Assembly: GCA_025558095.1 (NCBI GenBank)
Contig: JAIVFI010000018.1
Span: forward strand, 620,001 to 684,000
DNA length: 64,000 nt
Reading direction: 5' to 3'
From: Hyaloraphidium curvatum SAG 235-1
Taxonomy: Eukaryota > Fungi > Monoblepharomycota
The notes under the pieces: generated by a model
What the model saw: only the letters and a program-made list of their open reading frames with translations
Told to the model about the DNA's origin: nothing
Database searches by the model: none
Part shown: piece by piece, positions 12,101 through 24,385 of the stretch
Position numbering within the stretch: the first letter of the stretch is position 1
How the letters are laid out: each line of letters starts with the position of its first letter
Translations under genes and position numbers: made by a program

Positions 12101-14477
12101 CGTGACGAGAATCTTGGTCTCGGCACCCTTGCCGGCCAGCACGGCGTGGTCGAGCAGGTACTGCGGGACCTGCGTCGACTTGCCGCAGCCCGTCTCGCCC
12201 TCGACGACGGTGACGCGGTTGGCTTCCACGGCTGCGACGATCTCGTCGCGCTTGGCCCAGGCAGGGAGCTTGCGCCGCGCCTCCTGCATCGTCTGGTAGC
12301 GCGGGTTCTGCTGCAATCGCTTGAAGCCCTCGAGCAGGCGCGACGATTCGGCCGAATCCGGCTTGGGTCCGCCCGCAGGCAGCCGCGGCGTAGCAGGAGA
12401 AGCAGGCTGTGCGACCGGCGCAGCAAACGAAGGAGAGGAAGAAAGCTCCGCATCCTCGCGGATCGCCAGCTTGACCTTGGTCGGGAAAGGCCGGCCAGCA
12501 ACGGTGCCAAGGGCCTTGCGCACCCCGTCGCCCGCCGTTCCGAGCTTCCCCAAGCGTTCGACCACGTCCGCCACCGCCTTCTCCCCGGCCCTGTCCACAC
12601 TCTTGCTCTTATCGTCCCTGCCCTGCTTCCAGCTTGCCCTCCCCGTGTTCTCCCCGAGGATGCTCCTCACCCTCCCCACCCGCCCGTCGTCCAGCCGCAC
12701 CTTGACCCCGTAGGGATGGTCCCCGCGCGTGAGCACCTCTGCCACCGTGCCGGCCACGGGCGGGCCGTCGTACGGCTTCTCCAGGATCTCGACCAGCGTC
12801 CTGCCCTCCACGATGTCGCGCGAGGTGGTCACCATGCCCTCCTGCGCCCGCGCCGACGCCGGGACGGGGTACTTGCTCGCCATCCCGCCGATCCGCAGCG
12901 TCTTGGGCACCGCGCGCGCGGGGGCGGGTTGCGGCGGGGGGATGGATTCCAGCAGCACCGCGCCGCCCCGCTCGCGGACCCACTCGACCGCCTCCCACGG
13001 TCCGCCCCGGGCGAAGGCCGCGCGGGCGCCGCGGTTCGCGCCCTCGAGCTGCGCGGGGAGCAGGTCGAGGGACGGGAAGGTGAGGAGGAGGGTGGGCGGG
13101 TGGTGTTCGGGGAAGAGGAAGCGGATAAAGGCGGTGGGGAGGCCGGGGGTGACGGAGGGGCCGGATGCGGGGGCCGGGTGGAGGAAGGAGCAGTTGGCGC
13201 CCTTGGTGCATTTGCCTGCCAAGCAGGCCGCGTCAGGCACACGTGTGAGGAAGGAACGGCGTCAACCCACCTTTCTGGAAGAACACGCAGACGGGCTTCT
13301 CCTTGCCCTTCCCTCCCGCCGCGTTTCCGCCACCCGATCCCCTTTGGAGCGCCCCTTCGGGAACCTCGACGCCGAACGAGACGCTCCACAGCTCCCCGCC
13401 CTCGGTCGCCTCGCCCTCCCTCGGCTCGATCCCCATGCTCCTGTACAGAGCCTTGTCCAGGTCCACCAGGAACTGCGTCTGCTCGAACGACTCGGGGAAC
13501 ATGGCGCCCAACACCTCCCCCTGCTCGAGCCTCGCCTCGGCGTTTCCGTTCCACGCGTCCTCGTCGGGGTGCGCCCGCGCCAGCGCGCGCCACAGGATCG
13601 ATCCAGCCTCGCGCCGCGCCTTGGAGTGCGCCGTCGACGGCAGCGAGGCGTCCTCCAGGATCCGTTGGGCGGTGCGGCCGGCGACACCGGCGGCAGCGAG
13701 CACGCGGAAGGCGGGGTGCGACGAGGTCTCGTAGGGGATCGGGGGCGAGTCGGCGGCGGGGCGGCGCGGGGGTAGCTCCGCTTCGAGGTCCGACTCGGAA
13801 AAGTCGGGCTCCGACGAGCTGTCGTCGCTGTCGTACGGCTTGCCGCCGTGCTTATCGTAGAGCGCGCTCCAGCTCTCGTCGGACGCGCCCTCCTCGGAAT
13901 CGTCGTCGTCGTCCGACGCGTCCGATGTTGAGCCCTCCTCGCTGTCCCCGCTCTCCTCATCTTCGTCGTCGTAGTCCGAATCGCCCTCCTCGTCGTACTC
14001 CGACTCGGAGGGATTGGAATCCAGGTCGACCCGCGCCTGTTTCTGCGGCCTGGGCTGCGCGAGCGGGGGCTTGGGCGCCCCGCCCCTTGCCGGCCCCGCG
14101 GACGGCCCCGGCCCCGCGTCCTCCCCGCTTTCGTCGCCGCTCTCGTCCGTGCTGTCCCCGCTCAGCGACTTCTCGTCCTCCTCGCGGATGGTCTCGACCT
14201 CCCTGCGCGCCTCGGAGTACTCGAGCAGCAGCCCGCGCAGCGTCTTCATCTGCTCCTTCGACATGCCGAGGAACGGCACGGGGCCCTGCAGCCGGCGGTC
14301 ACGCTTGGCGGATTTTGCGGAGAGCACCGCCGAGGCGTCCTTGCCCCGCCGGCCGCCCTTGCCGCCGCGCGCGTCGCGGTCCGGCTTGGCGGCGCGGCCG
14401 CCGCCGCGGTTGGACTTGCGCGACGCGTTCTTGCCGCCCTTCTTCGAGTCCTTCTTGTGCTGCCGGTTGGGCCCCAT
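9186..14477 (-). CDS. DHX57: DHX57-like DEAH-box RNA helicase (UBA-like, RWD with CCCH zinc finger, helicase core, HA2/OB fold, RGG tail)
   Basis: Motifs are GETGCGKST, TQPRRISA, DEVHERS, MSAT, ATNVAETSITI, QRRGRAGR and FLHPTSVN. The CCCH finger (CVFFQK|GKCTKGANCSFLH) is split by an intron. The ATG is at 14477. Confidence 0.92.
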
Positions 14478-15006
14478 TTTCTGGCGCCCCTTTCCCGGAT
14501 CAGTTGGTCGCGGAGAGGAGGACGTGGAACGGCGGTTGGTGGGAGGCTTCGCCACCGCCACCTGGCCCACGCGAGCCGGCGAGAGATCAACCGACTGCAT
14601 TGGCTCCGTTGTCAAGTCGAACACGTCTATCCAAGAGGAAATCATTCTACAAGATGGATCCAGCAGCACGGATCGCCGCTCATTATTGGGTCGCACCTAC
14701 CGCCATCCGTGAAAGACCTCCGCGCCGAGGTCGCTCGTGGTTCGGACATAGAGAGCTCCTCGACCTTTGACATAACCACAACATCTGCTTCCTCCTGCCT
14801 TCGGCTGCGCAAAACGCTGCTCCCGGCCAGCTCTGCTCACGAACACAAACGGACTGCATCACAATAACGCACAGCAGTTGCTTGTTTTGGCTGTACTTCC
14901 TGATTATGTCGCTGTAGATGATGAACGGGATTGTTGGGTGGGCCAACCCCACTCTTGTTCCGACACGTGGTCAAACAGAATGATCAGCAGTCCGACAGCC
15001 GGCCCA

Positions 15007-16563
15007 ATGCTGCCGGCGACCAACGAGCTGCTCGCGGAGGAGTGGCTGGCGTTATTTCCCAGCGCGTCCACACGTGTCTCCCCGCTGGACGACGGCGCAC
15101 CCCCGGATCCCACGGCCGTCGCGCGCGGGGCCGACCCCCTCACGCGCGAATAGCTGCTGCGCGAGCTGCGCGCGTACCCGCTGCTGCACTTCTCGGTGCG
15201 GCTGCAACTCGGGGCCGGCCCGTGGGCCGCCGCGATCGTACTCCGCCTGTTCATACTCGCCACCGTCGGCATTCCCCTCCTCGTCGGCGGCACGCTCACG
15301 TTTAACGATGGCACGTTCGGCACCCGCCAGCTGGCGGCGGGCGTCGGCGTCGGCGTCGTCGCCCTCTTGTTCAATCCGCTTTTTCTGCTGCTCAGCGCCG
15401 GCAGCAGCGTTCGGTCGACCTTTTTGGTCGGCAAACGCATGGCTGCTGCCAACGATTTAAGCGGGCACGCCACCGCCAACGTCGCGCGGTGGGCACAGCT
15501 GGTGCGGACCCGGCCCGACGCGCCCCTCGTCGCCCACGTTCCCGGGGACCCGCTGTGCCCCTGCCCCGACCCCTCGTGCGCCGGCTCCCTGCCCGTCTCC
15601 GCGGGCCGGTGGAGGGCGTTCGAATCCGCCGCCCGCATCGTGATCCAGGCCGGGACGTACGCCTTTGCCTACTTCTACACGCCCCTGGTGACGTTCGGGC
15701 CCCGGCTCTGGAGGACGTGGTGGGCACTGCTGGGAGCAGCCGGGATCCTCGCCGGCATCAACGGCTACGTCGTCTCGGTCCTGGCGCGGTTCAACACCAA
15801 CGTGGGCCTGCTCGGCCTGTCGCTGCGCCTGCAGCGCCGGGCGATGGTTCTGGAGCTGAGGGATCTCCTCGGGCGTGTGCAGCGATGCCAGGTCGAGGCG
15901 CTCGGCGCCGCGGACGGACCCCGGGCGCCATCGGACACAGAGTCGTCCCTCGCCGTCGCCGCCAGCAAGGACGAACACAAGGACGGCGCCACCGCACCGC
16001 CACGGCCCGACTCCCCAGATCTCTTTTCCCAACTGCACACGCAGCTCGCCTCCTCCTGGGCGCACCGCGTCCCCTTCCTCGCCTCGGGCCTGAACGGCCT
16101 CCTATCGATCGGCGGCATGTCCGTCGCCGTGATCGTCGCCAACATCGCCGCCGGCATGTGCGTACCCGCCTACGCGCTCCTGAACGCCGCCGTGATCCTG
16201 CAGCTCTCGGGCGCGGACCTGGTCAACATCTGCGTGAGCAACGCGCAGATCGACGAGATCGTGGCGCTGTACCGTGACGCGGTGCGCCGCATCCGGGAGC
16301 TCCGCGTGCGGGCGGACCGGCTGGGGGGCGGCGTCCCCGCGGTGCGGCGGCACGCGGAGGAGCTGGAGGGCTTGGACGCGCTGCTGCGGAGCTACGAGGA
16401 GGTGGCCGGGCTTCGGGGGAAGTTCGCGGGGGCGATCATGGACTGGGGCGTCCTGAGGACCGTCGTGGTCACCATGCTGACGATCGTCGTCGGTATCTGG
16501 TCGATCTCCCGCGGCTCGGGGATAGTGGTCACGATGGACAACGTATGCCCGGGGACCGCATGA
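15007..16563 (+). pseudogene. Multi-pass membrane protein of a lineage-expanded family, interrupted by in-frame TAG at 15151-15153
   Basis: ORF 14878-15153 and ORF 15196-16563 are in the same frame, separated by one TAG. It shares LFPS, NDGxFGTxQxAAG, CPCxxxxCAGxxP, NxQxD and VCP motifs with the paralog at 54927-56381. An alternative ATG is at 14980. Confidence 0.65.
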
Positions 16564-16617
16564 GCCGCATGCGCTGGCAATGCTACGAGATGGATCCAAC
16601 AGCCCCCTGATCGCCGC

Positions 16618-17037
16618 TCAGCATTCCTTCCCCGGCTTCCCACCCCCCACGATGCTCCCCCTCACGGGCCAGCTGAAGATCCTACGCACCACCATCCCGC
16701 CCGTCAGCGCCTCTTCCCTGTTCCACGGCATCAGCGAGACGATCCTCGCCATCAGGCAGTAGTCGACCGTCACCGCGGCGGTGGTTCCGATGAGCTGGAT
16801 CCAGTGCAGGAACCGCAGCGGGGCCCACGTCCCCGCGAGCATCGTCGCGAAGTAAGCGATGCGGACTTGCACGGGGAAGGAAGTCGGGCTGTCCGTGCGG
16901 AGGGCGTAGTGGACCGTCTGGACGGCGACGAGGGCGAGCGGGCCGGAAAAGCCGGACCCGGAGGGGTGGCCGCGCAGGGCGGAGGCGAGGAGGAGGAGGG
17001 TGAGGGTCCAGTAGCGAGAGTTGAGGTCTCCGAACAT
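16618..17037 (-). CDS. Small (139 aa) intronless membrane protein, bacterial-type uncharacterised family
   Basis: It has 3-4 hydrophobic segments, the motifs FPVQVRIAY, WIQLIGT and YCLMARIVSLMPWNR, and strong GC3 bias. The ATG is at 17037. Confidence 0.7.
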   Translation of the reverse strand: MFGDLNSRYWTLTLLLLASALRGHPSGSGFSGPLALVAVQTVHYALRTDSPTSFPVQVRIAYFATMLAGTWAPLRFLHWIQLIGTTAAVTVDYCLMARIVSLMPWNREEALTGGMVVRRIFSWPVRGSIVGGGKPGKEC

Positions 17038-17767
17038 CGTTGATGGCTGCGGAGCGGGGAGCGGGCTCGGCGGGTTGCCTATATATGGGAGAGCTGTTGG
17101 TCTGCATGGCGGCTGCTGCAGGAGGCATAGCTGGCAGTTCCACCGCTGCGGGCTTACGGAGCGGGTCGGACGAGACCGAAGGACGCCTCTGCGCCGGCAA
17201 AAGGTCAACATTATTCGATCGCAAGTTGTAAGTGCGAGCGGATCGTGTGGTCCCACCGAGATGCGGAATCGTCCGGGCGCCAAGTGCCAATCCGGCATCC
17301 CGCCCTGAAACGCACGCGTTGTCGTGCATAACCGTCCGGGGTAGTCCTCCCTCGGCCGTCACGAGTCTTTGTCAGCGTGGGTTCCAAGCTGGGATGCCGT
17401 CGGTGGCCCTCGATTTCGTCATCACCACTGCGGCATCCGCGTCCCAACTCACTCGCCGCGACCTCGGCGCTGGACGCCGTGCATGCATTGCAGTCAGCGG
17501 TGGTGGCCGCCGGTCTGAATCCTTGCACTCCCACACCGTTGGCTCTCCCCGCATGCCGAGACGAACAACAGGTGGCTCCGACCGGGGGTCTGGCGGTGCA
17601 CCTCGGGACGTCGGGGCTGTGGCGAGGATCGCCGCCCGGCCCAGACTTGCGGCGCCGGCCGAACTCGTCAGAACCACTTCGGCCGCCTTTTCCATAGCTT
17701 CAATCTCCTCCGCTGGACGGCATCCAGCGAATTGTTTTCGTCGACCGGCAAGCACCAAGCAGCGGAC

Positions 17768-20700
17768 ATGGGCCGGGCGCCGAGCGACCCCGCCCGCGGC
17801 GTCCCGACCCCGCGACACGCCTCCGCCCGCCGCCCCTCCCGCGCCCCGCAGCCCCCGGCAGTGCATACCGATGCCCGCGCCGCGCCCCGCCGCGCCCGAC
17901 TGCCGCGATTCGCGCTCCTTTGGGCGCTGGTCGCCGCCGCCGCGCTGCTCCTCGCCGCCCGCCTCGCCGCCGCGGTGCCCGTGGAGCTCGGCCTGCGGAA
18001 GCTGAATGCCGCGGCGCGCGTGAAGCCGACGACGACGCGGCGGCCGACAAGCAGCACGAAATCCCGCACGACGAGCGCGTCGCGGACGGCCACGCTGCGG
18101 ACGTCCAGCGCCACACCGGCAAGGCCGACCTCCACCTCCGGGACGACCTCCAACTCGCTCACGAGCACAACTCTTACGGCAACAAGCACTTCCTTGACGG
18201 CAACGAGCACATCGCTCACTGCATCGAGCACGTCCCTGACCTCGGCCACGACGAGCTGGACCCAGACGTCGTCGTTGACCACTTATTCCGCGGTACGTTG
18301 CCCATCTTGCTCCATCTATTGGCTCGCCGCTAATGTAGACAGCAGACGACCCCCATTCCGGTCGCCAACGGCCATTCCGTCGCCACCGCCTACCTCTACG
18401 CGAGGGCCGGCACCGCGAGCTCGATCTCCATCGTCCTCCCGCCGGCCTGCGCGACCGAGTGCTACATCTCCGGCGTCTTCGCCCCGAGGAGAGGCTTCCC
18501 CAACGTCAAGGCGTCCTTCCGCACCGGCGACGGCCCCGAGACCCTCGCCGCGGACGTCTCCGCGGCCGCCATCGAGGCAAAGACCTCCCAGCCCGCGCGC
18601 ATCTTCGAGTTCCTGGGCACCAACCCCGCAGCCCTCTCTGCCGGATGTCCCGGCTCCGCCGTCGCCTCGGGCCTCTGCACGCTCACCATGGCCCTCGCCG
18701 ACTCACCGAGCACAATGTCGGGGATGGCCACCCTGGTCGCCTCCTCCGTCCCCCTCGCGCAGGCCTCGGGCAACCTCACCGCGCGCACGGCCGCCGCCAT
18801 GGCCACGGGCAACTCGGGCTTCCTCACCGGCGACGAGCTGCGCGCCGCGCTGTACGCCGACCTGGCCTCCTCCGCCGGCCTCCGCACCATCCTCGACGAA
18901 ATCTACGGCAACGTCCCCGGCAAAACATCCATCACCGGCATCACCTGGGACCCTACCCATGACTCGCTGCAGCTCAAGGTCTCCGACCCCGGGTACACCA
19001 CCCCCCTCGTCGTGACCAACTTCGACTACAAGGGCACCTCCAACTCGCGCATCCTCCTCGGCGCCGCCGGCTCCTCCCTGGGGGGGCAGGGCGGGCGGTT
19101 CGTCGCTTTCGGGGCCAACGCGCTGCACGACCTGAACCAGACGGGGACGAGGACCAACGCGGCTTTCGGGAGCTTCGTGCAGAGCTCGCTCGAGTGGGTG
19201 AACAAGGGGGCGCAGCCGGCCAAGATCACGGTCGCGCAGATCGAGGACTCGTATTGGTGGGTGCTCACCAACGGATGCAGCGCGGCCATGTGCTGATCTG
19301 CCTTTGTTGCCTGCCAGGTTCCGGCACGACCAGAGCACCGTCAATACCCTGCGTTCCTTCTATCCCTCGGCGACCATCAACGGCATCAACTGGTGCGACA
19401 ACGCCAACCTCGCGGGCTGCCTCGCAACCTCGGACCTCCTCGTCATCAGCCGCTCGTCCAACACCTCGACCAACGTCGACGACATCCTTTCGGCCGTTGC
19501 CGCCTTTGCCCAGCGCAAGCTGCCTGTCGTCTTCGTTCACTTCGACGGCGACAGCGACGCCCTCTCGACCGGCCTGCTGGACATGATGGGCCTCGCACCC
19601 TCGGGGGACAACTACTGGGCTGAAGCAGGGCTCAAGGACGCCAGCCTGGACACCACCCTCGCCGGCATGGCTTCGGGCAACGACCCCGTCGCCGGCCTGC
19701 GCAGCGTGCTCGATACGCTCACCGGGGTCACCCCGCTCGCCGACGCCGACGTCTCGGCGTGCTTCGGCGCGTACAACACCTGGATGGACTGCCCCACCGC
19801 CTCCCTCAAAGCAAAGATCTCGACCGGCGCCCAGACCCTCCGGAGCTTGCTCAACTCGCTCGACGCCTCCGGCACCGACCTCTTCTCCGTCCCCGGCCGG
19901 ACCTCGCTCAAGCTCGCGGCCATGCTGGGCGACAAGTACCGCGCCGGCCCCGCCAACCCGGACGGCAACACCCCCGCACTGGCCTACCCGATCCCGCGGG
20001 CGCAGCTGGGCCGCTACGCCGCCGCGATGTTCGCGGACGCCTCGGCGCTGTACCGCCGCGGGGAAGGCGCGAGGCAGGACGAGATGGGGAGCCTGTACTG
20101 CCCGCTCTCGGAGCTCAAGAAGGGTACGTGTGTGGCGCTGGGGTACGATTTCCGCGGGTACGAGGCTTCGGTGCCGGTCAACGCCGCCGTCGACGTCGCG
20201 GAGCCGCTGCCGAAGGGCAACGTGTGGACCGCCACGGGGCTGTTCGCGATGCCCGGGCGGCCGGTCACGGTGCGGCGGACGGACGCGGTGGCGGACGTGG
20301 ACGTGTCGATCCAGATCTGGTTCCAGCGGACCGGGGTGACCAAGTCGATGGAGCTGGACGGGACCAACCTGACGGGGTACAACAGGCCGCAGTGGCCAAA
20401 GTCGCCTGGCGTGAAGCTGGAGATCAACAGTGGGTCACTTGGCAGGTGCGCTCGCGGCTGGGGCTGACGATCGTCTGGACATCAGGGACCATCACCATCA
20501 CCGCACCGCACGGCGGTCCCCTCTACCTCTCCTTCGGGCGGGTGCCCGAGTACCGCTCCGCCGGCAAGGACACCGGCGTCGCCCTCCGCGTCCGCTTCGG
20601 GAACGTGGCGAAGCACCCCGCCATCCTGGACGTCGGCAACGAGGCCGAGGTCGCTGCGTTCGTGGCTTCCGCCAAGGCCAACCCGCTGCCGGCGATCGAC

Positions 20701-22254
20701 CTCCGCGGGGAGGGTTTCGAGGTGCACATGCGCCGGGACAAGCTGTTCAACGCGCTGGTCAACCGTTCCATGACCGAGGGCTCGACGGTCCCGGGCGCGC
20801 CGATCTTCGAGTACGGCCGGCCCGACGGGCTCAAGCTGCTGCTGGACGACTACCGCATCCACTTCATCCGCAACCAGTACGTCCAGGTGGGGTGGAAACC
20901 GCCCGGGCTCGCGCTGGAGCAGTCGGTGCCGCCGTACGTGCAAGCGCTCTGCAACTTTTTAGGATGTGGGTGCCGCGGATAGGCCCCGACGGGCACGGGT
21001 TGACGGGCGCCGGAACTTGCAGGGACCGAGTGCTTCGATGCGACGCTCAACGTGCCGTTCAACATCCAGCACACCAACTACGACGAGAGGGCAAACTGCG
21101 GCTACGGGTGCTCCGGGAACCCCTGGTGCGTCGATCCACGAATGCTAGACGCGCCTTTCTTACCTTCCGTCGGATGCAGGGACGCGGCGTGGGACATCAA
21201 TCCCCTGGGCTGGGGCGAAGGGCATGAGCTCGGTGGGTGTCTCCCTCCGCCCTGTTTCGGGTCCCGCAAACTGACCCCTGCCGTAGGCCACAACCTGCAA
21301 AAGACGTGGATGAACCTCGACTGGGTCGATGAGGCCAACAAGAACAAGTTCACGTCATACAGCGTGGGTTGCCGCCCAGAGGCGGGCTCCGACGACCTCG
21401 ACTGACACCGATTTTCTTTGCAGGGGCGCTCGGGCGAGAACAGCAACAACATCTTCCCCTACCAAAACCGCTGGCGTTGGTGGCGCGTGGTCAAGGGCTT
21501 CAACGGCACCGCGACCGACAGCCACTTCAACTTCAAGCACATCTGGTCGATCATGCAGTCGGCCAAGGCCGGCCTCACGGCCACCGTCAACGGCACGGCC
21601 AAGCTCGTCACCGTCGACGGCTCGTGCAAGATCGTGGGGAGCTTCCCTCTCGGGACCGACCCCGCCCTCGCCGTCTACGAGACCATGTGGAGCGACGGGA
21701 TGAACGCCAACGGCCACGTCGTGACCAACTCGGACGCCAACTCGCAGCGTATCGGCTTCTACGTGCACCTCTTCATGACAGCCGCCGGCTGGCCCTTGGC
21801 CGACGGCGCGACGGTGCTGCAGGACGGGTTCGGGCTCGTGCCGCTGCTCTACGTGCTGGGCCGGATGGTCGACAAGTACGGCGCGGCCGATGCCGACTGG
21901 GCAGCCAACAAGGACCGGCTCGGCTTCGGGAGCTACCCGCGGACGACGGCGGCCGACTACACCAGCGTGCGCGACATGCGCGGCAATGACATGCTCCTCG
22001 TCGGCCTGTCGTTCCTCACGGGCAGGGACTGGCGGCCCTTCTTCGACGCGCGCGGGATCAGGAGGTCCACCTACGCCGACGGGCAGGTGGCGGCGCACGT
22101 GGCCGCGGGGAGGGTGGCCGGCGCGGTGAGGACCGAGTTCCCGGCGCTGGACACTCAGCTTCCGGGGATCCCGATGGATGCGGTGGGGTGGATCCCGGTG
22201 GACGGGACGTCGGCGTGGCGCGACGGGTACTCCCCGAAGAACTGCGCCCTCTGA
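17768..22254 (+). CDS. IMPa/ImpA-like (M60-like/M88 gluzincin) secreted or anchored metalloprotease; ~7 exons
   Basis: An N-terminal hydrophobic segment and Ser/Thr stalk precede ITWDPTHDS, DSYWFRHD, WTATGLFAMPG, YNRPQW, PHGGPLY, NCGYGCSGNP, WGEGHELG|HNLQ (HExxH) and GENSNNIFPY. Confidence 0.85.
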
Positions 22255-22633
22255 AGGAAAAGAGCCAGTCAGGGTTTGCGTCAGACACTCCAACCTTGGT
22301 CCGAGACTCTGACTCAGTTGGGACGCTCAGGTCGGGCTGAGCAACCACTCCCATCGCCAGATCAGAAGCTGTACTTTAGGATGCGTCAATGACACGCTTG
22401 CCCGGGCGGAAATCAAAGCGTACATTCAGCGCAGGAGGTCGTACGCGTGTCTCCCACGGAGTCGACCGCTTTGCGCACAGGAGGCCGAATAAGTAGGCGA
22501 CGGTTCCTCTCTGAAAATCCTAGAATCTATTGCCCCGTCGTTACTGGAGCATGGTACACTCGAGGCAGCGTCCTTCGTCGCGCGTCGAGTCGTCGATCCG
22601 GGCTCGGGCGTCGCCAAATCGCCAACGCCATCC

Positions 22634-24046
22634 ATGACCCGGGCTCCCGGGGACCGCCGCGCCTCCCTCCCCTCCCCCGGCGCCGCCCCCGTCCTCCGGC
22701 ACGCCCTCCGCTCCCTTCGCCCGGCGCTCCTCACCGCCGCGCTCCTCCTCTGCCTGCTCTGGGCCACGCGCGCGCGGACCCCGCCGCCGCCGCCCGAACC
22801 GTCCGCCGAGCGCGTGTGGCAACTCGCTGCCGAGACCGCGCGGTCGCACGGCATTGCGGAGCCGCCAGTGCCGGATAACCGGACTTCCGACGCGGCTTAT
22901 GGGGCATGGACGGACGAAAGCGTGACTTGCGACCGCTCGGGCAAGGGGTACGCCGACGCGTACCGCGCGCTCGTTGGGGACTCCAATGGCGATAAGAAGG
23001 TGTCTTATGCCCGATCACGGGCGGGCAGCTCGCCGAACCTCGTGCTGGAGTGGTTTGTGCGGCGGGACGCGTTGGATCCGCGGTTCGCGGGGCCGCAGGA
23101 CGACCGACGGACAAAAGGCCCGCCGGATCCTATTGCCACGCCACGGGAAACGAATCTCCTGTTCCTGTGCGTCGTCGGAGGCCGGGATTCGTACGGCTGG
23201 AGCCTGCACCCGACCCTGCGCGAGGTGGTCACGGGCAACCGGACGTTTGCCGACTTGTGGAGCCTGCTGGTATTCCACGCCTCCGAGACGGGCCTCAGAA
23301 ACTCGTCGATTGCGCTGCTGGTGTCGGACGAGGCGGAGCACGGCACCGTGCTGGCCCACGTGGAGAAGGAGCTCGCGCTGCTGGGCGACCGCGGGCCCGA
23401 ATCGGTCCTTCTGGCCCGGGACGTCGGCCTCGCCACCGGCTTCTCCCTCGCCAGCAGGCGGCAGCGGCACGACCCCGCCATCCAGACCCTCCGCCGGCGG
23501 CACATCGCCCACCTCCGCAACCTGCTGCAGCACTCGGCGCTCCTCCCGCACCACGCCGCCCTCGTGTGGATCGACGCCGACGTCGCATGCGTCCCACGGG
23601 GGGCGCTGCCGATCATCCTGGCGGCGGAAAAGGACGCGGTGACGATGCTGAGCGCCACCTTCCCGCAGCGGGACTACGACCTCAACGCGTGGGCCAGCGG
23701 CCGGCAGCTCCACGCGTGGGACCTGCGCAAGCTGCACCGGACGTTCGCGCCCGTGGACAGCGTCGGGGCGACCTTCCTCTTCCTGAGCGCCGCCCTCGTC
23801 CGTTCGGGCGCCCCCTTTCCCCTGCGCAGCCTCGTCGGGGCGTCGTGGGGATCGATCGAGGGGGACGCGATCGAGAGCGAGGGGGTGTGCCTGCTGGCCA
23901 GGACGGCCAACAGGACGTGCTGGGTGATGCCGTGGCACGCGAGCGAGCATTCGCATCACGGGGTCACCGAGGCCGAGCTGAGGGCGAGGGAGGCGGAGGA
24001 GGCCAAGCCGTGGTTGCGGAAGGCGCGGGAGTGGCTGGGCGTGTAG
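22634..24046 (+). CDS. Anp1/Mnn9/Van1-type glycosyltransferase (GT62), intronless
   Basis: It has a type II anchor and the motifs RH...QTLRRRHIAHLRN, VWIDADV (DxD), YDLNAW, DSVGATFL and IESEGVCLLA. Confidence 0.8.
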   Translation: MTRAPGDRRASLPSPGAAPVLRHALRSLRPALLTAALLLCLLWATRARTPPPPPEPSAERVWQLAAETARSHGIAEPPVPDNRTSDAAYGAWTDESVTCDRSGKGYADAYRALVGDSNGDKKVSYARSRAGSSPNLVLEWFVRRDALDPRFAGPQDDRRTKGPPDPIATPRETNLLFLCVVGGRDSYGWSLHPTLREVVTGNRTFADLWSLLVFHASETGLRNSSIALLVSDEAEHGTVLAHVEKELALLGDRGPESVLLARDVGLATGFSLASRRQRHDPAIQTLRRRHIAHLRNLLQHSALLPHHAALVWIDADVACVPRGALPIILAAEKDAVTMLSATFPQRDYDLNAWASGRQLHAWDLRKLHRTFAPVDSVGATFLFLSAALVRSGAPFPLRSLVGASWGSIEGDAIESEGVCLLARTANRTCWVMPWHASEHSHHGVTEAELRAREAEEAKPWLRKAREWLGV

Positions 24047-24385
24047 GGTGCCCGGAACATGCAGCTACGTGAAGCAAGGTTCCCAATTGTTTCGTCGAAC
24101 GATGTCATGTCGCGTTGGCGCGTCCGGCTTTATCGGCGGCGGGGCGCCTCGGGTCTGGATCCCTCGACGACCAATCGTCCCCGAGGATTTCCCACCACAC
24201 CGGCCGGAGCGGCTGCCGGTGCGGGCATCGCGCATCGGCGTGCGGAGGGCGCCGTTGCCGGGCATCGGGTCCCCGGAGGCGCCTCGGGGAGCCCGCCGGC
24301 AGTGGGGACGGCGGAGCGTGGCAAAGGGACGCCATCGGAACCCGCTCCCCCGACGACTGCGTGCCATAAAATCGCCCGATTTAAG

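Noticed and set aside
11879-14770. Long Arg/Pro/Gly-rich ORFs in alternative frames (963 aa and many similar)
   Set aside because: They are shadow ORFs caused by high GC3 in the real genes and carry no domain motifs.
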